Source of the DNA: Candidatus Anderseniibacteriota bacterium
GTDB lineage: Bacteria > Patescibacteriota > Andersenbacteria > UBA10190
Direction of reading: 5' to 3'
Assembly (NCBI GenBank): GCA_016197005.1
Contig: JACPWO010000001.1
Coordinates: 474,544 to 538,543 of the forward strand
Length of the DNA stretch: 64,000 nucleotides
The position numbers and the translations under genes were made by a program. Positions 20,713-31,152 of this stretch are shown piece by piece. The first letter of the stretch is position 1, and each line of letters opens with the position of its first letter. The notes under the pieces are model-generated. The model made no database searches. It was not told where the DNA came from and saw only the letters and a list, made by a program, of their open reading frames with translations.

Positions 20713-22149
20713 ATGACACTGCCACCAGAAGTTCAATCTGCCCTGAAAATACTCCACGATGCTGGCTTTGCCGCTTATGGCGTCGGTGGTGGCGTACGGG
20801 ATTTGCTTCTGAATAAAAAACCAAAGGACTGGGACGTTACAACGAATGCCAAGCCTGAGGAAATTCAGAAACTATTTCCAAAAAGTTTTTATGCCAATCA
20901 GTTTGGGACCGTCACTATTCTCACGACGAGCGAAGATCCTTCTCTAAAAGAAATTGAGATTACAACGTACCGGTCAGAAAAAGGATACTCGGACCAACGC
21001 CATCCCGACGAAATAGCATTTGTTTCAAACTTAGAAGAGGACTTGGCTCGTCGTGACTTCACCATTAATGCAATTGCTCTCGACGAAGAGACAGTGGTTG
21101 ATCCTTTCGATGGCCAAGCTGACCTGGCAGGCAAACTGGTGCGAGCAGTTGGCAACCCGAAGGAACGGTTTGCGGAAGATGCGCTGCGTTTGTTACGAGC
21201 AGTGCGCCTCGCAACTGAACTTAACTTTGAGATAGAACCAAAAACACTCGCCGCTGTTACACAATATGCTCCCGCTATTACCGCCGTGTCGCATGAGCGG
21301 GTACGAGATGAATTAATAAAACTGGTAAAGAGTGACTATCCGGAAAAGGGAATGAATCTTCTCAAAGAGACAGGGCTCTTAGCGCTTATCCTCCCCGAAG
21401 TTGCTGAGGGTATTGCCGTCGGACAAAATCGTCACCACATTTATACCGTCTTTGAGCATAATATTAAGTCACTCCAGTACGCGGCTACGTACAAGTACCC
21501 CTTTCACGTCCGTCTAGCTGCTCTTCTTCATGACATCGGTAAACCGCGTACGAAACGATTCGATAAAAAGATTAATGACTATACGTTTTATGCCCACGAT
21601 ATTGTTGGATCACGCATGGCGGAAAAAGTATTGAAGCGTCTTAAGTTTTCGAAAAAGATGACCGACACTATAACGCATTTAGTTCGTCATCACATGTTCT
21701 ATTACGACGTTGGCAAAGTTACTGAGGCGGGCGCCCGGCGCCTGCTGCGACGAGTCGGCAAGGAACACTTCGACGATCTCATCAAGCTTCGCATTGCTGA
21801 ACGTAAAGGCTCGGGCGTGCCCAAGGCAGAACCATATCGACTCCGTCACTTGCAGTTCATGGTTGAAAAGGCCGCTCAAGAACCTATCTCCGTGAAGGAA
21901 CTTAAAATTACCGGTCGCCACTTACAGGAACTTGGCATGAAAGCAGGACCAATTTTTGGTGGTATTTTGAATGCTCTCCTCGCCGAAGTACTAGAAGATC
22001 CAATAAAAAATACGAAAGAATATTTACTCAAACGTGCAGTGGAGCTTAAGGATAAAAATCCTGATGAACTTAAAAAATTAGGTGAGGTAGCGGCGCAAGA
22101 AGAAGAATTGAAGCGTGAGGAAGACATTAAGAAAAAGTATCGGGTATAA
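20713..22149 (+). CDS. cca: CCA-adding enzyme (tRNA nucleotidyltransferase) with HD domain
   Basis: Pol-beta NTase head GVGGGVRDLLLNKKPKDWDVTT, RRDFTINA motif, HD-domain histidines (LLHDIGKP, HDIV). Confidence 0.85.
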   Translation: MTLPPEVQSALKILHDAGFAAYGVGGGVRDLLLNKKPKDWDVTTNAKPEEIQKLFPKSFYANQFGTVTILTTSEDPSLKEIEITTYRSEKGYSDQRHPDEIAFVSNLEEDLARRDFTINAIALDEETVVDPFDGQADLAGKLVRAVGNPKERFAEDALRLLRAVRLATELNFEIEPKTLAAVTQYAPAITAVSHERVRDELIKLVKSDYPEKGMNLLKETGLLALILPEVAEGIAVGQNRHHIYTVFEHNIKSLQYAATYKYPFHVRLAALLHDIGKPRTKRFDKKINDYTFYAHDIVGSRMAEKVLKRLKFSKKMTDTITHLVRHHMFYYDVGKVTEAGARRLLRRVGKEHFDDLIKLRIAERKGSGVPKAEPYRLRHLQFMVEKAAQEPISVKELKITGRHLQELGMKAGPIFGGILNALLAEVLEDPIKNTKEYLLKRAVELKDKNPDELKKLGEVAAQEEELKREEDIKKKYRV

Positions 22150-22156
22150 TAAAGAC

Positions 22157-22408
22157 ATGTCTTTTGGATCCTTCATCTTTGGTTTTCTTATTATGATCGT
22201 TGGTATGTTTATGGTTATCCGCACCAACTGGTTCCTGGAAAACTTGGGTGATCTTGGTTCTATGATTGGTGTCTACGATAAATCCTGGCTCAGCTGGAAA
22301 GCCTTTGGTGTTTTTCTCATCTTCCTCGGGTTCTCAATTGCTTTTAGTTTATTCACGATCCTGATAAAGGCAACGATCGGCCAACTCTTTGTCTTTGGCG
22401 GATTGTAA
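22157..22408 (+). CDS. small 3-TM membrane protein, hypothetical
   Basis: 84 aa, hydrophobic helices; first internal ATG after the cca stop chosen. Confidence 0.4.
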   Translation: MSFGSFIFGFLIMIVGMFMVIRTNWFLENLGDLGSMIGVYDKSWLSWKAFGVFLIFLGFSIAFSLFTILIKATIGQLFVFGGL

Positions 22409-22409
22409 G

Positions 22410-22480
22410 TGGACCTGGGGAGAATCGAACTCCCATCCCCCGGATGCAAACCGGGTGCTCTGCCACTAAGCTACAGGCCC
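22410..22480 (-). tRNA. tRNA-Ala (anticodon UGC), opposite strand to the rRNA genes
   Basis: Acceptor stem with G3:U70 identity pair, anticodon stem CCCGG/CCGGG loop UUUGCAU, T-arm GGGAG-UUCGAUU-CUCCC, discriminator A. Confidence 0.9.
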
Positions 22481-22521
22481 TTGGTATCAACTTTGAAGCA
22501 GTATGCCTAAAGGCGTTGCTT

Positions 22522-22551
22522 TTGACAACACACGTATTTCTGCGCTATAAT
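22522..22551 (+). promoter_or_regulatory. sigma70-like promoter (TTGACA -18- TATAAT) for the downstream membrane-protein gene
   Basis: -35 TTGACA 22522-22527; perfect -10 TATAAT 22546-22551; GAGAGGAGG RBS before ATG 22616; the -35 region is a near-palindrome (TTTGACAA) that could also serve a minus-strand promoter for tRNA-Ala. Confidence 0.5.
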
Positions 22552-22615
22552 AATTTCAGATACGAGACCGATTTTCCTTCGAAATTAATACTACGAGAGG
22601 AGGTGTTACGAGACT

Positions 22616-23317
22616 ATGGCTGTAAATTCATCATTCGGTACGTGGACTGACGCTGTTGTCACGTCGTTAACAGATTTGTGGCTTCAGTTTGTCTCTTTCA
22701 TCCCGAATTTAGTCGCAGCACTGGTTGTCTTTTTTATTGGATGGGCAATTTCTATCGCAGTTGGCCGTCTAATTGAAAAAGCTCTCGTTGTGTTGCGAAT
22801 CAATGAAGCATTTGGAAGTTTGCAAGGACTGAAGCAAGCAGTAGCTCAAGCAGGGCTTAAGCTCAACGTTGCTCACGTGGTTGGCGAAATCTTCAAGTGG
22901 TTCCTCCTTATCGTGACGGTACTCGCCACGACAGATATCTTGGGACTTAATGAAGTATCACAATTCTTGCGATCAGTATTGCTTTATATTCCGAACGTAG
23001 TAGTAGCCGCACTCATCCTCGTAATTTCGGTGGTGCTGGCAAACTTCGTTTATCGAACAGTACTCGCAAGCGTCGAAGCAGCTGGCTTTACCAGCGGCGG
23101 CGCAGTTGCCTTAGTAAGCAAATGGGCGATCATCATCTTCGCTATCTTTGCTGCTTTGCTCCAATTGAATGTAGCGACGCCTTTGATTCAGACATTCCTA
23201 ACTGCCCTCTTCGCCATGATCGCCATCGCTGGCGGTCTAGCGTTTGGCTTAGGTGGCAAGGAACTGGCTGCCAAATGGCTTAAGAAGTTCGAACAAGACC
23301 TTTCTGGACGTAAATAA
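22616..23317 (+). CDS. Multi-TM membrane protein with repeated conserved TM-helix motifs (MscS N-terminal-like)
   Basis: 233 aa, ~6 TM helices with internal repeat character. Confidence 0.45.
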   Translation: MAVNSSFGTWTDAVVTSLTDLWLQFVSFIPNLVAALVVFFIGWAISIAVGRLIEKALVVLRINEAFGSLQGLKQAVAQAGLKLNVAHVVGEIFKWFLLIVTVLATTDILGLNEVSQFLRSVLLYIPNVVVAALILVISVVLANFVYRTVLASVEAAGFTSGGAVALVSKWAIIIFAIFAALLQLNVATPLIQTFLTALFAMIAIAGGLAFGLGGKELAAKWLKKFEQDLSGRK

Positions 23318-23337
23318 TAACGACTAGAAAAACAAAA

Positions 23338-23366
23338 AACGGTGCCTGCAGTAGGGCCGTTTTTTG
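23338..23366 (+). terminator. Imperfect terminator-like hairpin followed by TTTTTT
   Basis: AACGGTGCC-loop-GGGCCGTT then T6, 20 nt after stop. Confidence 0.4.
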
Positions 23367-23382
23367 CGTTTTAAGGCTCCTG

Positions 23383-23410
23383 TTGACAGCTTTTGCAGGT
23401 TATATATAGT
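23383..23410 (+). promoter_or_regulatory. Candidate separate 23S rRNA promoter (TTGACA -16- TATAGT)
   Basis: -35 TTGACA 23383-23388; -10 TATAGT 23405-23410; ~355-nt leader to 23S 5' end. Confidence 0.5.
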
Positions 23411-24382
23411 GTCTATTAGCTATATGCAGAAAGCTTTTAACTGCAAGACCCCACGAAGCGGCTAGGCCGAAATCTTTTCGAGCCCACCAAAACCGCTTCC
23501 TCTGGACAAGCGGTTTTTTAGTAGCCGCTACAACACAAGCCATCGATAGAATAATGGTTCTCAACAATTATTCCTCTGTGGCTTGTTTGATTGAACACTG
23601 CCAATTGAATAAGCAATATCATTGCAATTGAACGATCACCAATAGTAGTAATTAGAAATCAAAAACAAGGAGCGATGTTGATCAGCGCTTGGGGCGCGGA
23701 TACGCATCGCTAGCTATACAAAAATAGCAAAGCATGCAGCTCATGACGGTGTGAATGAAATTCATACACCGTAAGGGTATACAGGTGGATGCCTTGGCAA
23801 TGGACGACGATGAAGGACGTGGCAGGCTACGATAAGCTGCGGGGAGGTGCCTAGCAACCGGCGATCCGCGGATGTCCGAATGGGGAAACCCGGCTTTGTG
23901 AATAACGAAGTCACTTTCTTACTGCAAGGTAGGATAGAGTAAACCTAGCGAACTGAAACATCTTAGTAGCTAGTGGAAAAGAAAAGAACGATCTTTGTTT
24001 CTCTTTAGAATTCCGTTCTCTCTTTCCCGTTTCCTGCAAAGGAAATTGGATTTGGGAGAACTGGTAATTTTACTGTTGAAGACAACGATTACATTCCCTT
24101 AGTAGTGGCGAGCGAAACGGGAACAGCCCAAACTTACATTTATGTAAGTGTTGTAGGGTATCGTTATATAGATAAGAGATATGTGCCTAGTAGAACGGGC
24201 TGGAATGCCCGGCCATAGAAGGTGAGAGCCCTGTAAACGAAAGGTATATTTCTTAACTTACGATATTCCTGAGTAGGGCGGGACACGTGAAATCCTGCCT
24301 GAACCCGGGAGAACTATCAAAATCCTCTGTGTTTTGGCTTCGGCCAGAACATAGTGGATCTCCCAAGGCTAAATACGACCAT

Positions 24383-24429
<47 letters not shown>

Positions 24430-25866
24430 GGAAGGGGAATGAAATAGACCTGAAACCGTATACCTACATCGAGTCGGAGGCTGCTCGCAAGAGCGGCTGA
24501 CGGCGTGCTTTTTGCAGAACGAACCACCGAGTTCGCTGTACACGGCTTAGGTTAAGTCTCATTCGAGACGAAGCCAGAGCGAAAGCGAGTGTTAATAGCG
24601 CGATTATGTCGTGTGCACGAGACCCGAAACCAGGTGATCTACCCATGAGCAGGGTGAAGTGTCGCGAAAGCGTACATGGAGGCCCGAACCGGTTGGCCGT
24701 ACAATACCATCGGATGACTTGTGGGTAGGGGAGAAATTCCAATCGAACCTGGAAATAGCTGGTTCTCGCCGAAATAGCTTTCGGGCTAGCCTCGTATAAT
24801 GAACTAATCAGTGGTAGAGCACTGCAAGGGATCTTCCGTCCTTTTGGATGGGGACCCTAGCAAACTCCGAATGCTGGTTAGGAATGTACGGGAGTCAGAA
24901 CGCGGGGGCTAAGCTCCGCGCTCAAAAGGGGAACAGCCCAGATCGTAATTTAAGGTCCCTAAATCTTACCTAAGTGGGAAAGGTAGTGGGATTGCTAAGA
25001 CAGCCAGGCAGTTGGCTTAGAAGCAGCCACCTGTTAAAGAAAGCGTAACAGCTCACTGGTCAAGCGATCCTGCGCCGAAAATGTAACGGGGCTCAAGGTA
25101 AGTACCGAAAATACGGAGTATTGTCTTTTAAGACAAAATTGGTAGGCGAGCGTTTCAGTCTGCGTCGAAGGTGTACCGTGAGGTATGCTGGAGCGGCTGG
25201 AAGTGAGAATGGTGGTATGAGTAGCAAGACACAAGGTGAGAGTCCTTGTCACCGAAAGCCTAAGGTTTCCTGGGCAATGTCGATCATCCCAGGGTTAGTC
25301 GGTCCTAAGGCGAGGCCGAAAGGCGTAGTCGATGGACAGCAGGTCGATATTCCTGCACCGTCTATAGCGTTCACAAGGCTTGACGGATCGTTAGAGCATG
25401 TCAGGACATATGACTTATCCTGCAGCAACTATTAGACAGAGTGTTTTGGTAAATCCGGACACTTGTTACGTTGAAAGTTGTTGGGCGAGCGCGGCCTTCG
25501 GGCCAAGCCGCTATATGGGAAAACGGTCCCCGGAAAAGCGTCGTGTGATTTCCGCTATGGGCGTCCGTACCGCAAACCAACTCAGGTAGGCAAGTGTGAG
25601 AGTACTAAGGTGATCGGGAGAAACCTCGTTAAGGAACTCGGCAAAAAAGCAGCCGTACGTTCGCAATAAGGCTTGCCCTGTCTTTATGGCAGGGCCGCAG
25701 CGACTGATCTCTGGCGACTGTTTAACAAAAACACAGGTCCCTGCTAACTCGTAAGAGGATGTATAGGGGCTGACGCCTGGCCAGTGTCGGAAGGTCAATC
25801 CTGGGGGTGAAAGCTCTCAGGCCAAGCCCCGATGAACGCCGGCCGTAACTATAACGGTCCTATGGT

Positions 25867-26166
25867 AGAGGAATTTGGCCACGATACGTCGTGGACTTTG
25901 CTGCCATAGTAAAATTGAGCTATATGCTGGAAACTCTGGTGTACTTAAAGAGAAATCTGACAAGTGCAGCCGTCCATTAGGACGAGCTACCAGACAATCA
26001 GCAGGAAATCCGCAAGGAGATCCTCAGAGACTACACGCTCAACCCAACGTATAAATCTTTACGTTGCGGAAGATATAGTCCGATCTGCATGGCGACATGC
26101 AGAACTCTACAGAAATGGAGAGTCACGTAAACTTAACGAAAGTAGATAAGTACGTCGTAACATTCG
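25867..26166 (+). mobile_element. Group I intron (ORF-less, ~300 nt) in 23S at the site equivalent to E. coli ~L1917-1925 (GGTCCTATGGT | AGCGAAATTCC)
   Basis: Exon sequence on both sides reconstitutes the conserved ACGGTCCTA(A/T)GGTAGCGAAATTCC; upstream exon ends in U and intron ends in G; intron contains P7-like strands CAGAGACTACACG and AAGATATAGTCC. Confidence 0.75.
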
Positions 26167-26738
26167 AGCGAAATTCCTTGGCACGTAAGTTGTGTCCCGC
26201 ACGAATGGCGTCACGACTGGAGAACTGTCTCAACGAGGTACCCGGTGAAATTGCAATGTCGGTAAAGATGCCGCCACCCTGCGGCTAGACGGAAAGACCC
26301 CGTGAAGCTTCACTACAGCTTGATATTGGCACGTCGAACTCAATGCTCAGTATAGGTGGGAGACTTTGAACCAGGTGCTTCGGCGCCTGGGGAGTCACAA
26401 TATGAGATACCACCCTTTGTGTTTAACGCGTCTAACGGCGCAGTGCAATCCACTGCCCGGACAGTGTCTGGCGGGTAGTTTGTCTGGGGCGGATTCCTCC
26501 TAAATTGTAACGGAGGAGCCTATAAGGTTACCTAGGTCCGGATGGAAATCGGACTCGTCGTGTAAAGGCACAAGGTAGCTTAACTGCGAGGCGTACATGC
26601 CGAGCAGGCGCGAAAGCGGAGCTTAGTGAACCGACCGTTCTCGAATAGAAGAGCGGAAGATCATCGGATAAAAGTTACTCCGGGGATAACAGGCTGGTCT
26701 CGCCCAATAGTCCACATAGACGGCGAGGTTCGGCACCT

Positions 26739-27093
26739 TAATTAAAATCGGGGTGCCCAAGGAGTGATCCTTGAAAGTCTGAGTTATAAGTCTTTCTGAA
26801 TAATTACAGATAAAAATCGAATAGTAAGTAAACCAGCTAAAAACGGTGAACTCTTACCTATCTTGATGCATTAAAAAGATAGAAGACAACGCCGTGGGAA
26901 GCATGAATCCAAGGTGGACTCATGCCCCGTAACGACTGACTCGAAAGAGGAGGCCCACAAAACACAGTTAAGGAAATCACTGTGGGCAAAAGGCTGGCTC
27001 TCACTAATAAAAAGATGTTATGGAATTTCCTACGACATCTCGTGAGATGAAGGCATAGTCTAATCTTCTTGGAAACAAGAAGTAGAACGACAG
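26739..27093 (+). mobile_element. Second putative group I intron (ORF-less, ~355 nt) in 23S at the site equivalent to E. coli ~L2500 (GGCACCT | CGATGTCGGCTC)
   Basis: Flanks reconstitute the conserved GGCACCTCGATGTCGGCTC; 5' exon ends in U and insert ends in G; insert contains GGCATAGTC (P7 3'-strand-like). Confidence 0.6.
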
Positions 27094-27577
27094 CGATGTC
27101 GGCTCAACCTATCCTGGAGGGGAAGCACCTTCCAAGGGTGTGTCTGTTCGCCACTTAAAAGGTTACGTGAGCTGGGTTCAAACCGTCGCAAGACAGGTTG
27201 GACCCTATCTGTCGCAGGCGTGGAAACTTGAGGAGCGTCCACAATAGTACGAGAGGACCTTGTGGGACCGACCTCTAGTGTACCAGTTGTCCCGTTCTGG
27301 GGCATCGCTGGGTAGCTATGTCGGGCTGGTGATAAGTGCTGAAAGCATCTAAGCACGAAGCCCACTCCAAGATCAGGTTTCAATAACGAGACTCCTAGAA
27401 GACTACTAGGTTGATAGGCAGGAGGTGTACGCGCAGTAATGCGCTCAGCCGACCTGTACTAATGTTCCAGTTGTATGATTCTTACCACCGACATGAGCAA
27501 ATTGCTTTGTTAATAGCTAGCGATGCGTATTTACGCAGTCGTTTAATTAATGATATTGCGTCGTTTCAATTCAGAGA

Positions 27578-27694
<117 letters not shown>

Positions 27695-27719
27695 TTTTCT
27701 GAATTGAAACCCTTCAAAC

Positions 27720-27748
27720 AAACCGCGCTATGCGGTTTGTTTTGTTTG
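27720..27748 (+). terminator. Rho-independent terminator after 5S (AAACCGCG-CTAT-GCGGTTT then GTTTTGTTTG)
   Basis: GC-rich hairpin and T-rich tail. Confidence 0.6.
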
Positions 27749-27767
27749 TGTATAGTATGATCGGATT

Positions 27768-28700
27768 ATGTATATCACATATACAGAAAACTCACAGGCA
27801 CTAGGAAAAGCTTTAGTAAAGCGCTTAAAAGGCGCCGTTTTGCCAGTGGAGCGCCGGCAGTTCGCCGATGGTGAACGATACCTGCGACTTTCTGTACCAG
27901 ATGCTACGACTCTGGCGGGCGAAGACGTCGTAGTTGTGGGCAGCACGCATACTGATGAAGATTTACTCGAGATCTATCGCCTTGGTTGCACGCTGGCGGA
28001 TATGGGTACCCGGCGGCGTATTTTTGTCATACCGTTTTTTGGATATTCAACGATGGATCGAAGCAAACGCGCAGGTGAATCGGTTGCAGCTAAACACAAT
28101 GCCCGTCTCCTGTCTTCTATCCCCAATTCAAATGAAGGCAACATGTTTGTGTTACTCGATCTTCATGAACCCGTCTTAGTCCACTATTTCGAAGGCAGTA
28201 CTGTTGCCATAGAAATTTCAGCAGAGGCGATGCTACTGGCAGCAATTCGAAAAATGAAATTAAAGTCATTTGTTTTAGGATCAGCTGACTTGGGTATGCC
28301 ACGACAAGTAATGAGTTTGGCCGAAAAATTAAACGTGCCGGTAGCACTGGTAAGTAAGGCGCGTGAATTTGAACATACACAAACACTCGCTTGCGTAGGA
28401 AATGTCCATGGTAACGATGTTGTTATGTACGACGACATGATCCGCAGTGGCAGTAGCCTCATTCAGGCTGCGGAAGCATACGAAGAAGCAGGGGCTAATA
28501 ATGTATATGCAGTTGTAAGTCATTTGGCGTTAACAACGGAAAACGTCCTTACTCAGCTAAAAAATTCTCCTTTAAAAGCGATTATTACAACGAATTCACA
28601 CCCAATGAGTCAATTGAAGAGCGTACAGAAATCCAAGCATATTACAGTACTGGATATATCTTCGGTGGTTGCCAACACCATTGAAAAACTCATATCCTAG
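27768..28700 (+). CDS. prs: Ribose-phosphate pyrophosphokinase (PRPP synthetase)
   Basis: N-terminal PRS domain pattern and PRPP-binding loop (VVMYDDMIRSGSSL). Confidence 0.85.
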   Translation: MYITYTENSQALGKALVKRLKGAVLPVERRQFADGERYLRLSVPDATTLAGEDVVVVGSTHTDEDLLEIYRLGCTLADMGTRRRIFVIPFFGYSTMDRSKRAGESVAAKHNARLLSSIPNSNEGNMFVLLDLHEPVLVHYFEGSTVAIEISAEAMLLAAIRKMKLKSFVLGSADLGMPRQVMSLAEKLNVPVALVSKAREFEHTQTLACVGNVHGNDVVMYDDMIRSGSSLIQAAEAYEEAGANNVYAVVSHLALTTENVLTQLKNSPLKAIITTNSHPMSQLKSVQKSKHITVLDISSVVANTIEKLIS

Positions 28701-28707
28701 TGTGACT

Positions 28708-28794
28708 GGACAGATGGCCGAGTGGTTGAAGGCGCGGCTCTCGAAAAGCCGTAGACGGGAAACCGTCTCGTGAGTTCGAATCTCACTCTGTCCG
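28708..28794 (+). tRNA. tRNA-Ser (anticodon CGA), class II with long variable arm
   Basis: GGACAGA acceptor, GCCGAGUGGUUGAAGGC D-arm, anticodon loop CUCGAAA, long extra arm, T-arm GUGAG-UUCGAAU-CUCAC, discriminator G. Confidence 0.85.
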
Positions 28795-28839
28795 CAAACC
28801 TAGACAAAACCCCTATTTTCCGGTAGATTTAGCCCCATT

Positions 28840-30801
28840 ATGGCTAAAGCAAAGATCAGAACAAAGAAGAATACCATCAAAATTGCAGACTTTTTGCAGG
28901 ATGCAAAGTTGACCGAAACTCGTCTCCAGTTCATCCTACGAGAGCTTAATATTCGCATGGCTGAAGGCCAGAAAAACCTTGATATACAAGAAGCGTCTGC
29001 GGTCCGGGGATGGATAAATGAGCAACGCCGTCGAGAAGAGCTCCGTAATAAAACGATTGTTTTGCCTTCAATTGTAAAAGCGCAAGAGTTAGCCAAACTC
29101 CTTGAATTACCAATTGGAAATGTGTTGAGCGCCCTCCTAAAGAATGGTGTCATGGCTAACCTTAATGATGACTTAGATTATGATACGGCAGCTATTATTG
29201 CGCAGGAATTAGGCTATCGAACCGAGGAAAGCGTAGAGGCGCTTGAAGAAGATGTACTGACGGGTGAAAAGTTAGATGAAATTTTAAAGAAAGAAGACCC
29301 AGCAAAACAAAAAGTTCGCCCACCAATTGTCACTATCCTAGGTCATGTCGATCATGGAAAAACGACTTTACTTGATTCCATTCGTCGAGAAAATGTCGCT
29401 GCGGGTGAAGCGGGTGGCATTACTCAGGCAATAAGTAGCTACCAAGCCCAGCACAAAGGACGAACGATTACGTTTATTGATACCCCTGGTCACGAAACGT
29501 TTGATTTTATGCGTCAGCACGGCGCTCAACTGGCAGATATTGCTGTTCTAGTAGTTGCAGCTGACGACGGGGTAAAACCACAGACAAAACAAGCAGCTCA
29601 ATTCGCAAAGGACGCAGGTATTCCAATTGTGGTCGCCATTAACAAAATGGATAAACCGGGAGCAAACGCTGACAAAGTGAAAACGCAGCTCGCCGAACAG
29701 CTCGACTTATCTCCAGAAGAGTGGGGCGGTAAAACAGTTATGGTACCGGTATCTGCGTTGAAAAAAGAAGGGTTAGATAACCTTCTTGAAATGATTTTAC
29801 TGACAGCAGACATTAATCCACCCAAGGCCGATCCAACTCGTCAGGCACTAGGAACAGTAGTAGAAAGTCGTCTCGATAAGAACTTAGGTTCCCTTGCTTC
29901 TATCCTCATTCATACCGGTACCTTACATGTTGGTGATCACGTAGCGGTCGGTCGATCCTCAGGACGCGTTCGTCGCATGCTGGATTGGCGAAACAAGAGC
30001 ATTCAAAAGGCTGGACCAGCTACACCAGTAACTTTAATTGGTCTACGAGACGTACCGACAACTGGTGATATTCTGCAGGCAGTTGAAGCTAAAGAGGAAG
30101 CAGTTCAAAAAGCTGCTCGGGGGCGAGGTCCACTCAAACGGATGGTGACTAGCAGTGATGATAAGCGACCAACGTTGGCACTCGTTATTAAAGCTGACTC
30201 TAAAGGATCGCTGCGTGCAATTGAACAAACAGTTACTGCGATGGTGCCACCAGAGATTCGCCTTTCAATTGTCCGAGCTGATGTTGGACCAATTTCTGAT
30301 TCTGACGTCTTAACAGCGCAAGCAGCGAAAGCTATTATGTACGGATTCAATGTAACGGTGGCCGGAATGTCTAAGAAACTGGCCGATAAAGAAGACGTGG
30401 TCATTAAAGTATTCGACGTTATTTATCGCCTCACGGACGATGTCCGACAAGAAATTGAAGAGCGACAACCGATGGATATAGTGCAAGAAGATACTGGTCG
30501 CCTGAAAGTACTGAAGGTTTTCTTCTCTACTCCAAAGAAGAAGATTATTGGTGGAGAAATTGCCGAAGGCTTTATTGAACCGAATTCTAAATTCATTATT
30601 CTGCGTGGCTCCGGCGATGCTCGAGAAGAAATTGGTCATGGCACCATTCAAGAATTACAGCGTGAACGACAGAAAATTACCAAAGGACAAATGGGTGATC
30701 AGGTAGGTATGACAGTTGAAGGTAAAGGGAAGATAAAAGAAGGCGACGTGCTCAAAATTTACGTTGAGAAAAAAGTGAAGCGTGTTCAAGGTAAAGTGTA
30801 A
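28840..30801 (+). CDS. infB: Translation initiation factor IF-2
   Basis: G1 GHVDHGKTTLLD, DTPGHE, NKMD motifs; beta-barrel C-terminal domains. Confidence 0.95.
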   Translation: MAKAKIRTKKNTIKIADFLQDAKLTETRLQFILRELNIRMAEGQKNLDIQEASAVRGWINEQRRREELRNKTIVLPSIVKAQELAKLLELPIGNVLSALLKNGVMANLNDDLDYDTAAIIAQELGYRTEESVEALEEDVLTGEKLDEILKKEDPAKQKVRPPIVTILGHVDHGKTTLLDSIRRENVAAGEAGGITQAISSYQAQHKGRTITFIDTPGHETFDFMRQHGAQLADIAVLVVAADDGVKPQTKQAAQFAKDAGIPIVVAINKMDKPGANADKVKTQLAEQLDLSPEEWGGKTVMVPVSALKKEGLDNLLEMILLTADINPPKADPTRQALGTVVESRLDKNLGSLASILIHTGTLHVGDHVAVGRSSGRVRRMLDWRNKSIQKAGPATPVTLIGLRDVPTTGDILQAVEAKEEAVQKAARGRGPLKRMVTSSDDKRPTLALVIKADSKGSLRAIEQTVTAMVPPEIRLSIVRADVGPISDSDVLTAQAAKAIMYGFNVTVAGMSKKLADKEDVVIKVFDVIYRLTDDVRQEIEERQPMDIVQEDTGRLKVLKVFFSTPKKKIIGGEIAEGFIEPNSKFIILRGSGDAREEIGHGTIQELQRERQKITKGQMGDQVGMTVEGKGKIKEGDVLKIYVEKKVKRVQGKV

Positions 30802-30807
30802 CTCGTC

Positions 30808-31152
30808 GTGTCTCGCAGGATTGAAAAAATAAATAAGCATATTCAAAAAACGTTAGGCGAGATATTTCAGCGTGAGACTGACATCCCCCCCGACGTGTTA
30901 GTTACAATTTCTCGAGTTGATACAACCCCGAACTTGCAATCAGCTGCAGTTTGGCTGTATATTCAGCCACTTGAGCGCGGGGAGGATACCTTAGAACTAC
31001 TCAAGAAACAGTTGTATGATATACAAGGAGCGCTTAATAGAGCCCTACAAATGAGGCCTCTCCCGCGCATCACATTACGTTTAGACTTAGGTTCATACCA
31101 TGCCCAAAAGCTGGAAGAAAAACTGGATGAAATCAAAAACGCCGGGGACTAA
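30808..31152 (+). CDS. rbfA: Ribosome-binding factor A
   Basis: RbfA KH-like fold pattern; canonical position after infB. Confidence 0.85.
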   Translation: MSRRIEKINKHIQKTLGEIFQRETDIPPDVLVTISRVDTTPNLQSAAVWLYIQPLERGEDTLELLKKQLYDIQGALNRALQMRPLPRITLRLDLGSYHAQKLEEKLDEIKNAGD

